A stretch of DNA of 63,034 bases, counting the filler, from Octopus bimaculoides (lineage: Eukaryota): assembly GCF_001194135.2 (NCBI RefSeq). It is 4 parts of 4 records of this genome, joined end to end, with 100 filler letters (N's around TTAATTAATTAA, not from the genome) between each part and the next. Parts side by side here need not be neighbours in the genome. Positions count along the whole stretch, not along the records: positions 1 to 25,529 come from NC_068986.1; positions 25,630 to 37,989 come from NC_068985.1; 2 more parts are not named here. One strand, 5' to 3'. The notes beneath the pieces are model-generated. The model was given only the letters and a program-made list of their open reading frames with translations, was not told the DNA's origin and did not search any database. A program made the position numbers and the translations under genes. Of this stretch, positions 13,045 to 26,025 are shown one piece after another (positions within the stretch are counted from its first letter, which is position 1; every line of letters begins with the position of its first letter).

Positions 13045-13848
13045 GTATATACGTACTTGTCTGTGCGTCTGATTGTCTGTCTGTCTATATCTATGTATAT
13101 ATGTATGCATGTGTATGTATGTATGTATGTATGTATGTATGTACGCACACATCTATGTGTGTATGTAGATATCTATATGCGACACGGCTCCGTGTTCCTC
13201 ATAACGTACACTTTTGAAAATCACGCAGATGTGAAAGTGATTAAGTATGTTAATTTATGTTTAAATAAATTATCATATATATATTCTCTTTGTATTTTCA
13301 ACTTCACTTATTTACTTTATTTTCTCAATACTTCTACTTGTATAGATTAGTAACGATTTTTCTATGCATACACACGCACATATATACATACACACACACA
13401 TATACATATGTGAAGAAAACATCACTCACATTATGGTAAGTATGATTATGAAATATTACACTACCGTTTGCAGGGGGACATAGAAAACAACGCTTTGATT
13501 TCCATGTCAACTCACCTTCATTTTAATTGGTGATTGCCAGCCACACATCGATCTCTCCTACGCACAACTACGCTTTATTTGTGATTGCAGCAATTCAACC
13601 ACACTTGGTCTTAATACTAACTTTAATCAAACAGATCTTCAACCCACTTTATATCTCTAGCTGCTTCGTCTTCATATTCAGATATTTTTATGTCGAATAT
13701 AATAGTCGAAATATTCTTTAACAACACGGACCATCACTACCTACCTCAGACTCCACTGTTTTTCTTTTAGGTGTAGTTTCTTATCTATGACCCATATTAT
13801 TGGATTTAACTACTAACGCATAAAGTATAGTAATATTAATTTTATTCA

Positions 13849-14255
13849 AGGCGAAGGCTTTGAGTTGACAGAACCGTTAGCACGCCAGGTGAAATGCTTG
13901 GCCGTATTTTGTCTGTCTTTATGTTCTGAGTTCAAATTCCGCCGAGGTTAACTTTATCATTCATCCTTTCGGGGTCGATAAATTAAGTTCCAGTTGCGTA
14001 CTGGGGTCGATGTAATCGACTTAATCTCCTTGTTTGTTCCCTCTTTTGGCCCCTGTGGGCTAAAAAAAAGAAATGAATATTAATTTTATTCAAGGCGGAG
14101 CTGGCAGAAATGTTACGTTCAAATTCCCCTGAGGTCGACTTTGCCTTTCATCCTTTCGGGGTCGATAAATTAAGTACCAGTTTCGTACTGGGGTTGGTCT
14201 AATCGATCGATCCACTCCCCCAAAATTCCGGGCGTTGTTCCTAGAGCACAAAATA
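13849..14255 (+). mobile_element. Two tandem SINE family A copies (13849-14075 and 14092-14255)
   Basis: Both start AAGGCG and share GTCGACTTTGCCTTTCATCCTTTCGGGGTCGATAAATTAAG-like cores. AATATTAATT(T)TTATTC is repeated at 13832-13848 and 14076-14091. Confidence 0.85.
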
Positions 14256-14641
14256 ATACTACTTTTATTCAATGTGGCTTTAAGAGTACAACATCAGTTT
14301 GAATTAATGTTGCTGGTTTAACAAGAACTCGTAAATTAGACGTTAAATCAAATGCTTTATAAAACATCTTACGGGAGCAATATTTGCTATATTGTCAATA
14401 CATTAAAGCGCGGGAACCTTCTGGGGAAAATAATAAGTGGCTATAACGTTAAAAATCATTATTAACTGCACTGTTTTGTCACATTAGTAAACCGGTGTCA
14501 TGATTTCAAGCTTTTAGAGTTTTACTGTGTGTGTCGTAGTTTTCTACTTGTACCCACCACCGTATGACAAACGGACTGTTTTGTTAACGTTGCCGTAAGT
14601 TAGTGATTCGGTAAAAGCACCCGATACAATATTTAACTGCA

Positions 14642-14677
<36 letters not shown>

Positions 14678-14861
14678 CAAACACATATTTATATATTCCT
14701 ACACACACATGTAGTACATACATGAGCTGACCTGATATATATACATGAGCTCAGCTCATATACAAACACATATCTATATATCCCTACACACACATGTACA
14801 TACATACATGCATACATACATAAGACAGACAGATCGTGCGATCGATTGATCGAGCGATCGA

Positions 14862-14904
<43 letters not shown>

Positions 14905-14951
14905 GCAGGCAGGCAGNNNNNNNNNNCAGACAGACAGACAGGCAGGCAGGC

Positions 14952-15009
<58 letters not shown>

Positions 15010-15961
15010 ACAGAGAGAGAAACTTATAAGCACTACGTAATAAATACATATGATTAAATAAACTCGACGAAAAATATGCAATGCGAAAAATACCGCAAGA
15101 GTCAGTGCGAGCAACAAGTTGTAGGGAAATTCATAAAGTCTCCTGTTATAGGCATAAGAGAAATCTGAAGCTTCCCTATTAGCATGACATTCCTGTTCTC
15201 CATTGACCTGTACTTTATATTAAAGCAAGGAGTAATAGGAAAGGATTTCACAATCTTATTCGTCGGTCCAGATTTTTAAATGAATATTTTGATGGAATTT
15301 CAACTGTAATCCTTCCGCCACTTCACACCATTTCCCCAACACCTTCTTGTTACCTGAACGTTTCCTTCTTTCTCTTCCTNNNNNNNNNNNNNNNNNNNNN
15401 NNNNNNNNNNNNNNNNNNNNNNNNNNNNNNNNNNNNNNNNNNNNNNNNNNNNNNNNNNNNNNNNNNNNNNNNNNNNNNNNNNNNNNNNNNNNNNNNNNNN
15501 NNNNNNNNNNNNNNNNNNNNNNNNNNNNNNNNNNNNNNNNNNNNNNNNNNNNNNNNNNNNNNNNNNNNNNNNNNNNNNNNNNNNNNNNNNNNNNNNNNNN
15601 NNNNNNNNNNNNNNNNNNNNNNNNNNNNNNNNNNNNNNNNNNNNNNNNNNNNNNNNNNNNNNNNNNNNNNNNNNNNNNNNNNNNNNNNNNNNNNNNNNNN
15701 NNNNNNNNNNNNNNNNNNNNNNNNNNNNNNNNNNNNNNNNNNNNNNNNNNNNNNNNNNNNNNNNNNNNNNNNNNNNNNNNNNNNNNNNNNNNNNNNNNNN
15801 NNNNNNNNNNNNNNNNNNNNNNNNNNNNNNNNNNNNNNNNNNNNNNNNNNNNNNNNNNNNNNNNNNNNNNNNNNNNNNNNNNNNNNNNNNNNNNNNNNNN
15901 NNNNNNNNNNNNNNNNNNNNNNNNNNNNNNNNNNNNNNNNNNNNNNNNNNNNNNNNNNNNN

Positions 15962-16025
<64 letters not shown>

Positions 16026-16824
16026 ATATATATATATATGCACATATGTATACATACACACATACAAACATACATAAATACATACATGTAATTATGGTTA
16101 TGCGTATGGATGTATCCATAGGAGTATACATTTGAGAAGGATGTATAAATTTCTTCCAAATCCCGAATTACCTGGTATAAAAGATAGAGAATATTGTGGT
16201 AAAGATAAGCCAATTATGTACCATTTCAATTAATTTTCATTAACGAGAAAAATGAGCACAATTCACCAGATAAACTCATGTGTTTAACAGTATACAAATT
16301 TGTCAAACATAAACATATCAACACAATAGATAGCACAGGTCTATTAAATATCTGTTGATATTCTAAAAGTTTCCCTTTCATTTCATTTCGATTAATTACA
16401 GAAATCATCAAAATTTGTATAGCGATTGCTGCAAAAGAAGTTTTGGATAAGAACACATGATTGTGGTTAATAAGTTATATCGCGGAATTTATCATTTCTA
16501 AGTTATATCGGCGTATTTATCGTTTCTATGTTTTGCTTCTTTCCTTGTATGCGTTTAATTAATTCTTTATTTGGTTGTTAAGTCTGTGTAAGGTTTACAG
16601 AAAGCCCTTACACTTACAAGGCGTTTATGATATGAGATGATTTCGACGCTATTGCATTTGTTATTATTTCGTGACTAAATGAAATGACGCCATTATTGAA
16701 AACATTATGCGTGTTTAAGCGTGTGTTTCCATCTCTATATGCACACGCGTGCCCACGTAAATGCAGATGTACATACTTCACGCACATGAACACATTCATA
16801 TATGTATGTAGGTAAGTATGTGTG

Positions 16825-17042
16825 CGACGGGGTGTTGAAAAGTTCTGGGTTTTGGATAAAAAAATATACAGAAGGATCAGTTAATTATGATTTCCTTCAA
16901 AATATTCTCGTTTCTGATTCGCACACATACTACAGTAGTCCTTCAGTTTTTCTAAGCCCCGAAAAAGAACTCAAAATGTTGGACCTTCAACCACGCCCTT
17001 CACGATAACCTTAAAGTCGGGAACTTTTCAACCCCCATCTCG
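16825..17042. mobile_element. Mariner-type MITE (~220 bp)
   Basis: TIRs CGACGGGGTGTTGAAAAGTTC and the reverse complement of GAACTTTTCAACCCCCATCTCG; TA on the right flank. A second, inverted and diverged copy lies at 27234-27387. Confidence 0.75.
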
Positions 17043-17413
17043 TATATATATACACATATATGTACGAATACATGTATGTATGTGTATATATATAAATGTT
17101 TGTATGCGTATATATAAAATATGTAGTGGTCATCATTAGTTCTCTCCATTTCTATAGGCGTGACAATAATCAATAATTTTGATTCCACCTTGCTATTTTT
17201 ATATTCCTTTTTAATTTCTGTTGGGACAGACGTGTCCTACGCGTCCACAAAACTCATATGGGGCTGATTGAAATTGTTACTAATGTATGTGTGTGCGTGC
17301 GCGCGTGTGCCTGCGTGCGTGCATGTGTGTGTGTGTGCGTAAGTACGTATGTGTGTGTGTGTATGCTCCAGTATGGCCACAACCTTAGAGCTGAAATATG
17401 TAAAAGAATATAG

Positions 17414-17601
17414 AGCGCCGGGCGAAGTGCTTAGCGGTATTTCGTCTGCCGCTACATTCTGAGATCAAATTCCGGCGTGTTCGACTTTGCCTTTCATCCT
17501 TTCGGGGTTGATAAATTAAGCATCAGTGAAACACTGGGGTCGCTGTCATCGACTAGCACCTCTCCCCACAAATTTCAGGCTCTGTGCCTTTAGTAGAAAG
17601 G

Positions 17602-17602
<1 letters not shown>
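17414..17602 (+). mobile_element. SINE family A, 5'-truncated, alternative tail (AAATTTCAGGC..TGTGCCT..AGTAGAAAGG)
   Basis: Same core as the other A copies; the tail type is shared with 51025-51236 and 55786-55910. Confidence 0.75.
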
Positions 17603-17656
<54 letters not shown>

Positions 17657-18259
17657 TGTATGTCTGTATGTATGTATGTATGTATGTATTTATGTATGTA
17701 TATATATATTTATATATGCGTATTCGTGTATGCTTGTTTTCGATCACTTTCAAGTCTAGACGGTCCCATATTATTAATTGTATGTACGACTAACCTTTCG
17801 TGATCTAGTCTTGCTTCTTAAAATCTGTAGGTTATCATGTAGGGAGTATTTGACTGCCATTTCTAAAAGGTAACATAACCACGCAGACGAGCGACTAATA
17901 GCGATTCATTGATCTCGTGCTAGACATATACCGCATTCCCACAAAACTCTATTCAATTTGACAGGTAGTGGTTTATCGAATGAGCAGCAATTTAACATCA
18001 CTAAATGACTTACATTGGTTTATTGTGTTATTGTCCAATTTGACATTAATGCTGTGTGACATGTTGTGGTTTATACTATTAGTGACCATTTTGACAGTAG
18101 CACGTGATATGTGATGTTTTATCGAATTGGCGTCCAAATTCACAGTGGTTCTGTGTGATATGTATTCGTTTTGTGTATTAGTATCCAATCTTACAAATTT
18201 TCGTTGTGTTTTCATTAGGTTTGAACTGAAACGTTAAAGCAATTATGTTTTAGGCTATT

Positions 18260-19790
18260 CCTTTCTCAGTGCAGATTCCGCAACAAACTTCTAAGTATTG
18301 GCACCACAAAGAAGAAGAAAACGAACATATCGTTTGCATTAAACCATTTAGGGGACGCCTGTACTGGCATGCAAGAGTAACTACTGGGCAAGAACCTCAT
18401 AAACAGTGCGCAACACTCACATTTAAAAGAACGCGATATTCCATTTTCCACGGGTTGAATTATTGAGTTGGAATTAGAAAATAAAACCAATTTTTGCCTG
18501 AATTTCTATTTTCGCATGTGCAGATTAGTTGTCTAAAATAAGAATTTTCTCAGAATCTTGGTCCATGATAAAGGATCGAGTGAACTTCTGCTTCGGGAAC
18601 AAAATATTATCCGAACAGTTCCATTGTAATGTAATTTGTGATCCATTGGTTCCTAACTCAGTGAATCACGAAAAACTGTTTTTTTCTGTTTTGAAGGATC
18701 CAGATGTAAGCTGATGCTAATGACCACCTGCGACGGAGGAAACATATAACGACGATCTAATAAGGGGTTCTTGCAGTATTATAACATTCAAGCATAGTAA
18801 TACGGTCTTTCGATTTTTTTGTTAAACAGTCTTGTTTCAAACAAGGTTTGTGACTACTGTAGCATAAGGATTGCATAGAGGTAAAACAAGGGGCTTACAA
18901 TTCCAAAAGATATCGGTGGATAATGAGTAAAAGTAGACGATGGATAATTGTCAGATCATTACAGCTGTTTCTTACGCATTTAACCTGAATATCATAGAGC
19001 ACAGAAAAACAAGACAATGCTAGTGACTTTCAGAGAGCAGCTGTTCGAGAAAAGTTATTAGAACAAAAGGACTTATGACTAACAGGAAGCTCAACAAAGA
19101 AACGTTGCACCGAGAAAAGATGCGGGTAAGATGTTTAAAGGTCTTGACACAGAGTCCTAGACTAGAAGTTTCATCAGACCAATGAGCACAAAAATACAAA
19201 AAACAACGAATACACAATTAAGGTATAACTTGTTGGTGATTCTATATCCTCAGGTGTCTTTGTGTACATTTCCAACACAATGCAATTATATCGGTATTGG
19301 AGACTTGCTTAGAAATTCCGTGCTCAAAAGAAACTAACTTAACCAACTCGTCAGCAAATGCACTTGCTTATATGTTCGTTGAAGGTTTTGCACCACATAC
19401 TGAAGAAAATTTCAAGCCATGTGGCTTCTGGACACAATGAAGCTAACCTTTCTTGTAATCAAACACATAATCCAGTCGCAGTAAATCATGAAATATTTGA
19501 GCTTATTCCTTCATCAGTTTCCCAAACAGCTCAATAGCTTTGCATACATGGAGCTAAAACCAATTTATCAATACAGCATCCAATTCTAAACTTTGCCGTC
19601 TTAGCTTTTCTTACGCACATTTATTTTATCTATCACTATACAGATTGGTTGTTTTCTTTCTTGATGCTATACACAATCAAAGAGCCAATGGTGTATGATT
19701 CACACAAGCTTCTCCTACCCATACATCTTTCAAGTTTTTCGGAAGCTCAACAGTAGCTGTAATATATATATCATAAAGTGTTTGTGCTTT
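18260..19790 (-). pseudogene. Tigger/Jerky-like (pogo) transposase fossil, interrupted by an insert at about 18786-19223
   Basis: Manual translation with stops and frameshifts: KHKHF..EKLERCMGRRSLCESYTIG (CENP-B N-terminal HTH); LELDAVLINWF..LMKE*AQIFH..KG*LHCVQKPHGLKF..VCGAK (HTH); KQVSNTDIIALCWKC; NQWIT..ELFG*YFVPEA; KILILDN*SAH; NSIIQPVENGISRSFK (DDE_1 domain). Confidence 0.85.
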
Positions 19791-20199
19791 ACACCACAAG
19801 TAAAATTTCTTTTATGCATTTGGAACCATCGTTGATTCCATTGGGTTCAATGAGATGAAGTCTTAATAATGAATAAACAAAACAAAATGTAGTAAGAACG
19901 TGATACGAGTGTTTCCGAAAGACAGGTCGGCAAACAGAACCACCAAACAAGTAGCGGTTAGTCCTGTGCAGAAAAGCATATTTTTTCCCGAATTAGCGAT
20001 GCAAACGGATTCGTGAAGGGTGACTGCATACAAATAGACACAGACACAAACACACCCGCATACATAAACATACATACACACAGACTAGTTAAGCTCCAGG
20101 TTCGAAGATGATACGAATGCGGAGTCCAACGTAGGTCGTGTATTAGCATGAATATATATAAAAATTAACAGAATGAGATTAAAAAATCCNNNNNNNNNN

Positions 20200-20242
<43 letters not shown>

Positions 20243-20481
20243 ATATGTTCTATCTGCCTGTTTATCTCTACATATCTATCTGTTTATCTATCAAGGTAGA
20301 TAGATTGAGGTATACATACACAGAGGGAGAGACAGAGAGAGAGAGAGAGAGAGCTATGCATTTGTGGTAACATATATGTAACTAAATATACATTCACACA
20401 TGCGCATACACATACGTAAGTGTATAGTGTGTATGTATATGTTGGTATACACACACACGCACACACACACACACACACACA

Positions 20482-20544
<63 letters not shown>

Positions 20545-21456
20545 NNNNNNNNNNNNNNNNNNNNNNNNNNNNNNNNNNNNNNNNNNNNNNNNNNNNNNNN
20601 NNNNNNNNNNNNNNNNNNNNNNNNNNNNNNNNNNNNNNNNNNNNNNNNNNNNNNNNNNNNNNNNNNNNNNNNNNNNNNNNNNNNNNNNNNNNNNNNNNNN
20701 NNNNNNNNNNNNNNNNNNNNNNNNNNNNNNNNNNNNNNNNNNNNNNNNNNNNNNNNNNNNNNNNNNNNNNNNNNNNNNNNNNNNNNNNNNNNNNNNNNNN
20801 NNNNNNNNNNNNNNNNNNNNNNNNNNNNNNNNNNNNNNNNNNNNNNNNNNNNNNNNNNNNNNNNNNNNNNNNNNNNNNNNNNNNNNNNNNNNNNNNNNNN
20901 NNNNNNNNNNNNNNNNNNNNNNNNNNNNNNNNNNNNNNNNNNNNNNNNNNNNNNNNNNNNNNNNNNNNNNNNNNNNNNNNNNNNNNNNNNNNNNNNNNNN
21001 NNNNNNNNNNNNNNNNNNNNNNNNNNNNNNNNNNNNNNNNNNNNNNNNNNNNNNNNNNNNNNNNNNNNNNNNNNNNNNNNNNNNNNNNNNNNNNNNNNNN
21101 NNNNNNNNNNNNNNNNNNNNNNNNNNNNNNNNNNNNNNNNNNNNNNNNNNNNNNNNNNNNNNNNNNNNNNNNNNNNNNNNNNNNNNNNNNNNNNNNNNNN
21201 NNNNNNNNNNNNNNNNNNNNNNNNNNNNNNNNNNNNNNNNNNNNNNNNNNNNNNNNNNNNNNNNNNNNNNNNNNNNNNNNNNNNNNNNNNNNNNNNNNNN
21301 NNNNNNNNNNNNNNNNNNNNNNNNNNNNNNNNNNNNNNNNNNNNNNNNNNNNNNNNNNNNNNNNNNNNNNNNNNNNNNNNNNNNNNNNNNNNNNNNNNNN
21401 NNNNNNNNNNNNNNNNNNNNNNNNNNNNNNNNNNNNNNNNNNNNNNNNNNNNNNNN

Positions 21457-21492
<36 letters not shown>

Positions 21493-21670
21493 CGCACATA
21501 CACACAAACAAGTACTCATTCACACACACACACACACACACACATATGAACTAAGAACTTCTGACTGTATCGCTGTTTATTCTTTCATCACACATGTCTT
21601 GCTTCTTTTCGTTGTCTTTTTCCAAACTATCATTTTTGTCAGTCTCTGTTACTCTTACTTAGTATGTGCT

Positions 21671-21706
<36 letters not shown>

Positions 21707-21717
21707 NNNNNNNNNNT

Positions 21718-21769
<52 letters not shown>

Positions 21770-21813
21770 TGTGTGCATGTGTGTATATCTGTATAAATAT
21801 GTATATGTATATA

Positions 21814-21861
<48 letters not shown>

Positions 21862-22508
21862 GAGAGAGAGAGGGGGAGGGAAGAGAGATAGATAGATATG
21901 TATATATGAACATTACACACACACACGCATATATATATATATATATACATAAATAAACACAAACATACACAGATATCGCTTTCATTCTCTCACTCATGCC
22001 GAACACATCACATTTCTTTCTTCCTCCCTTTCTCTCACTCAACCTCCCTTTCTCCCTATCTTTCTCCCTCTCTCTTCTCTCTCAGCCCTTCTACACCATC
22101 TCTCTTTTTCCCATTTTCCCCCTTTTTTTCCCTCTGCTACACTAACGAAATAGTGTATTCAATGAGAAACGAGAATATCGTAATGTCGATGAAGTGAAAT
22201 AAGTAAACGGTCTGTCTAATTGACCATAATCCAGAAAACAGGAATAGAAACGCACGCAATTATATGTAGATATCGTGAAATATTCCTCGTCACATTTGCA
22301 CTAGAATTTCAGTCTCGCAAGAAAGTAGTTTTATCGTATTCATACGCACACAGCTGAAATTCACTAAAACATTGCAGAAAGAGAATAATTGAGGGGCGAC
22401 TACGTTTCTATACATATCTGTGTGTGTATTTTCAGTATCTCTGTCTGTTTGTGCAAGTGTCAGCATATATATGTATGTGTAAACATCTATTAAACATACC
22501 TATATTAC

Positions 22509-22553
<45 letters not shown>

Positions 22554-23257
22554 NNNNNNNNNNNNNNNNNNNNNNNNNNNNNNNNNNNNNNNNNNNNNNN
22601 NNNNNNNNNNNNNNNNNNNNNNNNNNNNNNNNNNNNNNNNNNNNNNNNNNNNNNNNNNNNNNNNNNNNNNNNNNNNNNNNNNNNNNNNNNNNNNNNNNNN
22701 NNNNNNNNNNNNNNNNNNNNNNNNNNNNNNNNNNNNNNNNNNNNNNNNNNNNNNNNNNNNNNNNNNNNNNNNNNNNNNNNNNNNNNNNNNNNNNNNNNNN
22801 NNNNNNNNNNNNNNNNNNNNNNNNNNNNNNNNNNNNNNNNNNNNNNNNNNNNNNNNNNNNNNNNNNNNNNNNNNNNNNNNNNNNNNNNNNNNNNNNNNNN
22901 NNNNNNNNNNNNNNNNNNNNNNNNNNNNNNNNNNNNNNNNNNNNNNNNNNNNNNNNNNNNNNNNNNNNNNNNNNNNNNNNNNNNNNNNNNNNNNNNNNNN
23001 NNNNNNNNNNNNNNNNNNNNNNNNNNNNNNNNNNNNNNNNNNNNNNNNNNNNNNNNNNNNNNNNNNNNNNNNNNNNNNNNNNNNNNNNNNNNNNNNNNNN
23101 NNNNNNNNNNNNNNNNNNNNNNNNNNNNNNNNNNNNNNNNNNNNNNNNNNNNNNNNNNNNNNNNNNNNNNNNNNNNNNNNNNNNNNNNNNNNNNNNNNNN
23201 NNNNNNNNNNNNNNNAAGATAGATAGGTAGATAGAGGGATAGATAGAAATATAGAGG

Positions 23258-23333
<76 letters not shown>

Positions 23334-23559
23334 GTCACGTCAGAATAATAAAGTACAGTCTTACTTGCAAAATGGATGTGTGCGTTCAATGCATACATAC
23401 ATACATACACACATATGTGTGTGTGCGTTTGTGTGTGAGTGTGTGTGTGTGTTTGTTCTTTCTCTTTTTATATTAGAATAAATTTTGACCGGCCAGCTAC
23501 TTCGTAGCAAGTTTGTGAAGAAAAGCATCTTGTTTTACATGCCATCCTTTAAATCTTTA

Positions 23560-24800
23560 TAGTTCTCATTATCATGATCATACGTACCGTATGGATGAAG
23601 GATTTGTATTCTCTCTGCAAGATTCCAAGTTCAGCCATTCTTTGTTGCAGACAGATTCGTAAGTATCTTGTTGCTCCAATAACAATGGGTATGCAGCTGA
23701 AAGTGTATTTTGGGTACTGGATTTAGAATGGTTCATAGACGCCACTTCTTCTTGTATAATTCTAACCACATAGGTGTCCAGAATGCAGTTGATTTACACA
23801 ACAAAACATGTTTTCCTTGTTGTCCCATACAGCAACATCTTGCCAGTAGGGTTTAAAATCTGTGCTTGTTTTAATTTTTAAGCTACACCAATTTTCTTTC
23901 GACTCATCGGTCTTAATATGGTCAACTTCGTCTGTAGTTGTTTTCGCTCTTGTTATGTTCGTCCAGACTATCCTGGCTACCACATCATGCTATGCCTCGT
24001 GGGAAGAAAATATCTTAAAGAATTCTCTCGCAGTTGGCAATAATGTAGTCGATGTCTTTACTCTGGTCTTGCACAGTCTACGCTAGTCTCCTGGTAAGGT
24101 TTCCTGCCTTTTATGTTATAGTTACTTGGTGTGGGTCTCTTGTTCTTGGATTGCATGAAGATATGCTTCAAAGTGGGTTACCATAAACGTGTCGGTAATC
24201 CATGCCAATCTTTTGACATAATTAATCCCTTCTATTGTTTGTGCTTTACTTGCCGAGTATCCCTGTACTATCTTCTCAGAGAAGACGTCCATTTTTTTAA
24301 ACATTTTACCAATGCTGATTGGAGAGAGATCTGTATCAGATTTTATTTCATTTTTCTCTTCTATTTAATTAGCTATCCTAATTCTGTTGTTGATTTCATG
24401 GTCACCAGCTCGGGCAAGATAGTTACTGGTCTTTTTCCGCTGCTAATGATATTATTTCAATGTCACAATCCGTGACATTAATACAGATTTGAGAGAGCGG
24501 CCACCATCCGCGCGTGGGAAGTTTAGCCTGTCTACATCTCTACTGATGTTGAAGTTGCCTAGAACACTGAGCAGCTTGCTAGTCCGAAAATCAATCTTAT
24601 TGAGTTCTTGGAGTGACCAATTCAGAAGGCCAAACGTAGTCAAAAGAACAGGCACTGCAAAGTTGTTGTGGGCAATTTTCTTATTGTAAGCTGAGAGCTC
24701 TGATAACTATATTTACACTCCTTGTCTTCATATTTATGAGACTATTATATCTGACATTCTCATTTTGTCCAAGCTGTTTTATTTCTCACCTGACTTTAGA
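23560..24800 (-). mobile_element. R4/Dong-type RLE LINE, 3' half (decayed)
   Basis: KQLGQNENVRY; AVPVLLTTFGLLNW..DVDRLNFPRADGGRSLKS; IQEQE; CCHC remnant RLCK..DIDYIIANC..RH..HDVVARI; endonuclease remnant DVAVWDNKE. Many frameshifts. Confidence 0.85.
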
Positions 24801-25529
24801 GACTGCATTGTCAAGCCGTTTAGGTTGTCAGCGAGGGTACAATTTTGTCACGTTTTACTGTCGATGTATGTACGTATGGTATGTATGTAAGTATGTATAT
24901 ATGTATGTATTATGCATGTATATATGTATGTTTATAATTATGTGGTTAAGAAAAATACAGGAGAAATAACTCGTCTATGGACCATTTATACATACTCAAG
25001 ATATGCTTTCAGTTTCATACATAGTATTATTGGGCAATAGGATACATACCAACCCGACTGGATGAAAGCGTATGTGCTTGGGGAGAGAATGCAGCTTCTT
25101 AATTCAAGCGCTGCATATCATAACATCTGAGACAAAAAGAATCTGCAAGGCCTTCTTTAAGTTAATAGGGTGAAGAACAAGTCAAAGTGGTCTCCATCAC
25201 AACTTTGCTACTAAATTCGCGGTGTGTGTGTCAGACTGGAGCGAACACGACACAATGAAGTAGAGAAATTTGAAAAGACAACACGAAACCGGTTATTTCT
25301 CAAAATACAATGTTTATATACCAAAAAGATTTTCTAACATTTTTCTAACATTCTTCTAACATTTTTCTGACATAATTTAAATATATACTTTAACCATGTA
25401 ACACAAGCCTTCTGTAGTTTTTTCACTCTTATTATCTTTTATATATATATATATATATATATGGGAGAATATACAAATAATAACAACAGACGAGGACAGG
25501 TGGTGTAAATAACAAAAGTATATATTAGT

Positions 25530-25629
25530 NNNNNNNNNNNNNNNNNNNNNNNNNNNNNNNNNNNNNNNNNNNNTTAATTAATTAANNNNNNNNNNNNNNN
25601 NNNNNNNNNNNNNNNNNNNNNNNNNNNNN
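25530..25629. other. Artificial scaffold linker 44N-TTAATTAATTAA-44N
   Basis: Exactly 100 bp; the palindromic core has stop codons in all six frames. Identical to 37990-38089 and 57732-57831. Confidence 0.95.
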
Positions 25630-26025
25630 GGAACAGCGAATACACGCACGCACGCACGCGACAGACTTTCGCGCAGTTTTTCCATCTAAGCAAATTCACT
25701 CACAAAATATTGATTGACCCAGGATTATACCCGAGGTGTCACGTTGTGAGACTGAACCCGAAATCAAGTGGTTGCGAAGCAAACTTTTTGTCTCCGGCTA
25801 CGGTCAGCATTCTTTTATTCTTTCAGTTGTTTCAGTCATCTGACTGCGACCACGCTGGAGCACAGCTTTGAAGGACGTATTTCGTGGACTATGTTTGTTG
25901 CTGCATCAAACTTGAACCCTCAGTGACGGATCTCCAAACATCCAGATACATGCACAGCACTCCGGAATATGAATGACCATGTGGTTGGGAAACAAATGTC
26001 TTACCACACAGCTACGCCTGCGCCT

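Noticed and set aside
15060-16180. Possible minus-strand exons (VIRDLEEIYTSFSN; KVQVNGEQECHANREASDF)
   Set aside because: Weak or missing splice partners, no recognisable family, interrupted by a gap.
25574-25585. TTAATTAATTAA as a recurring biological motif (PacI or homeodomain site)
   Set aside because: Always centred in exactly 44+44 N; an assembly linker.
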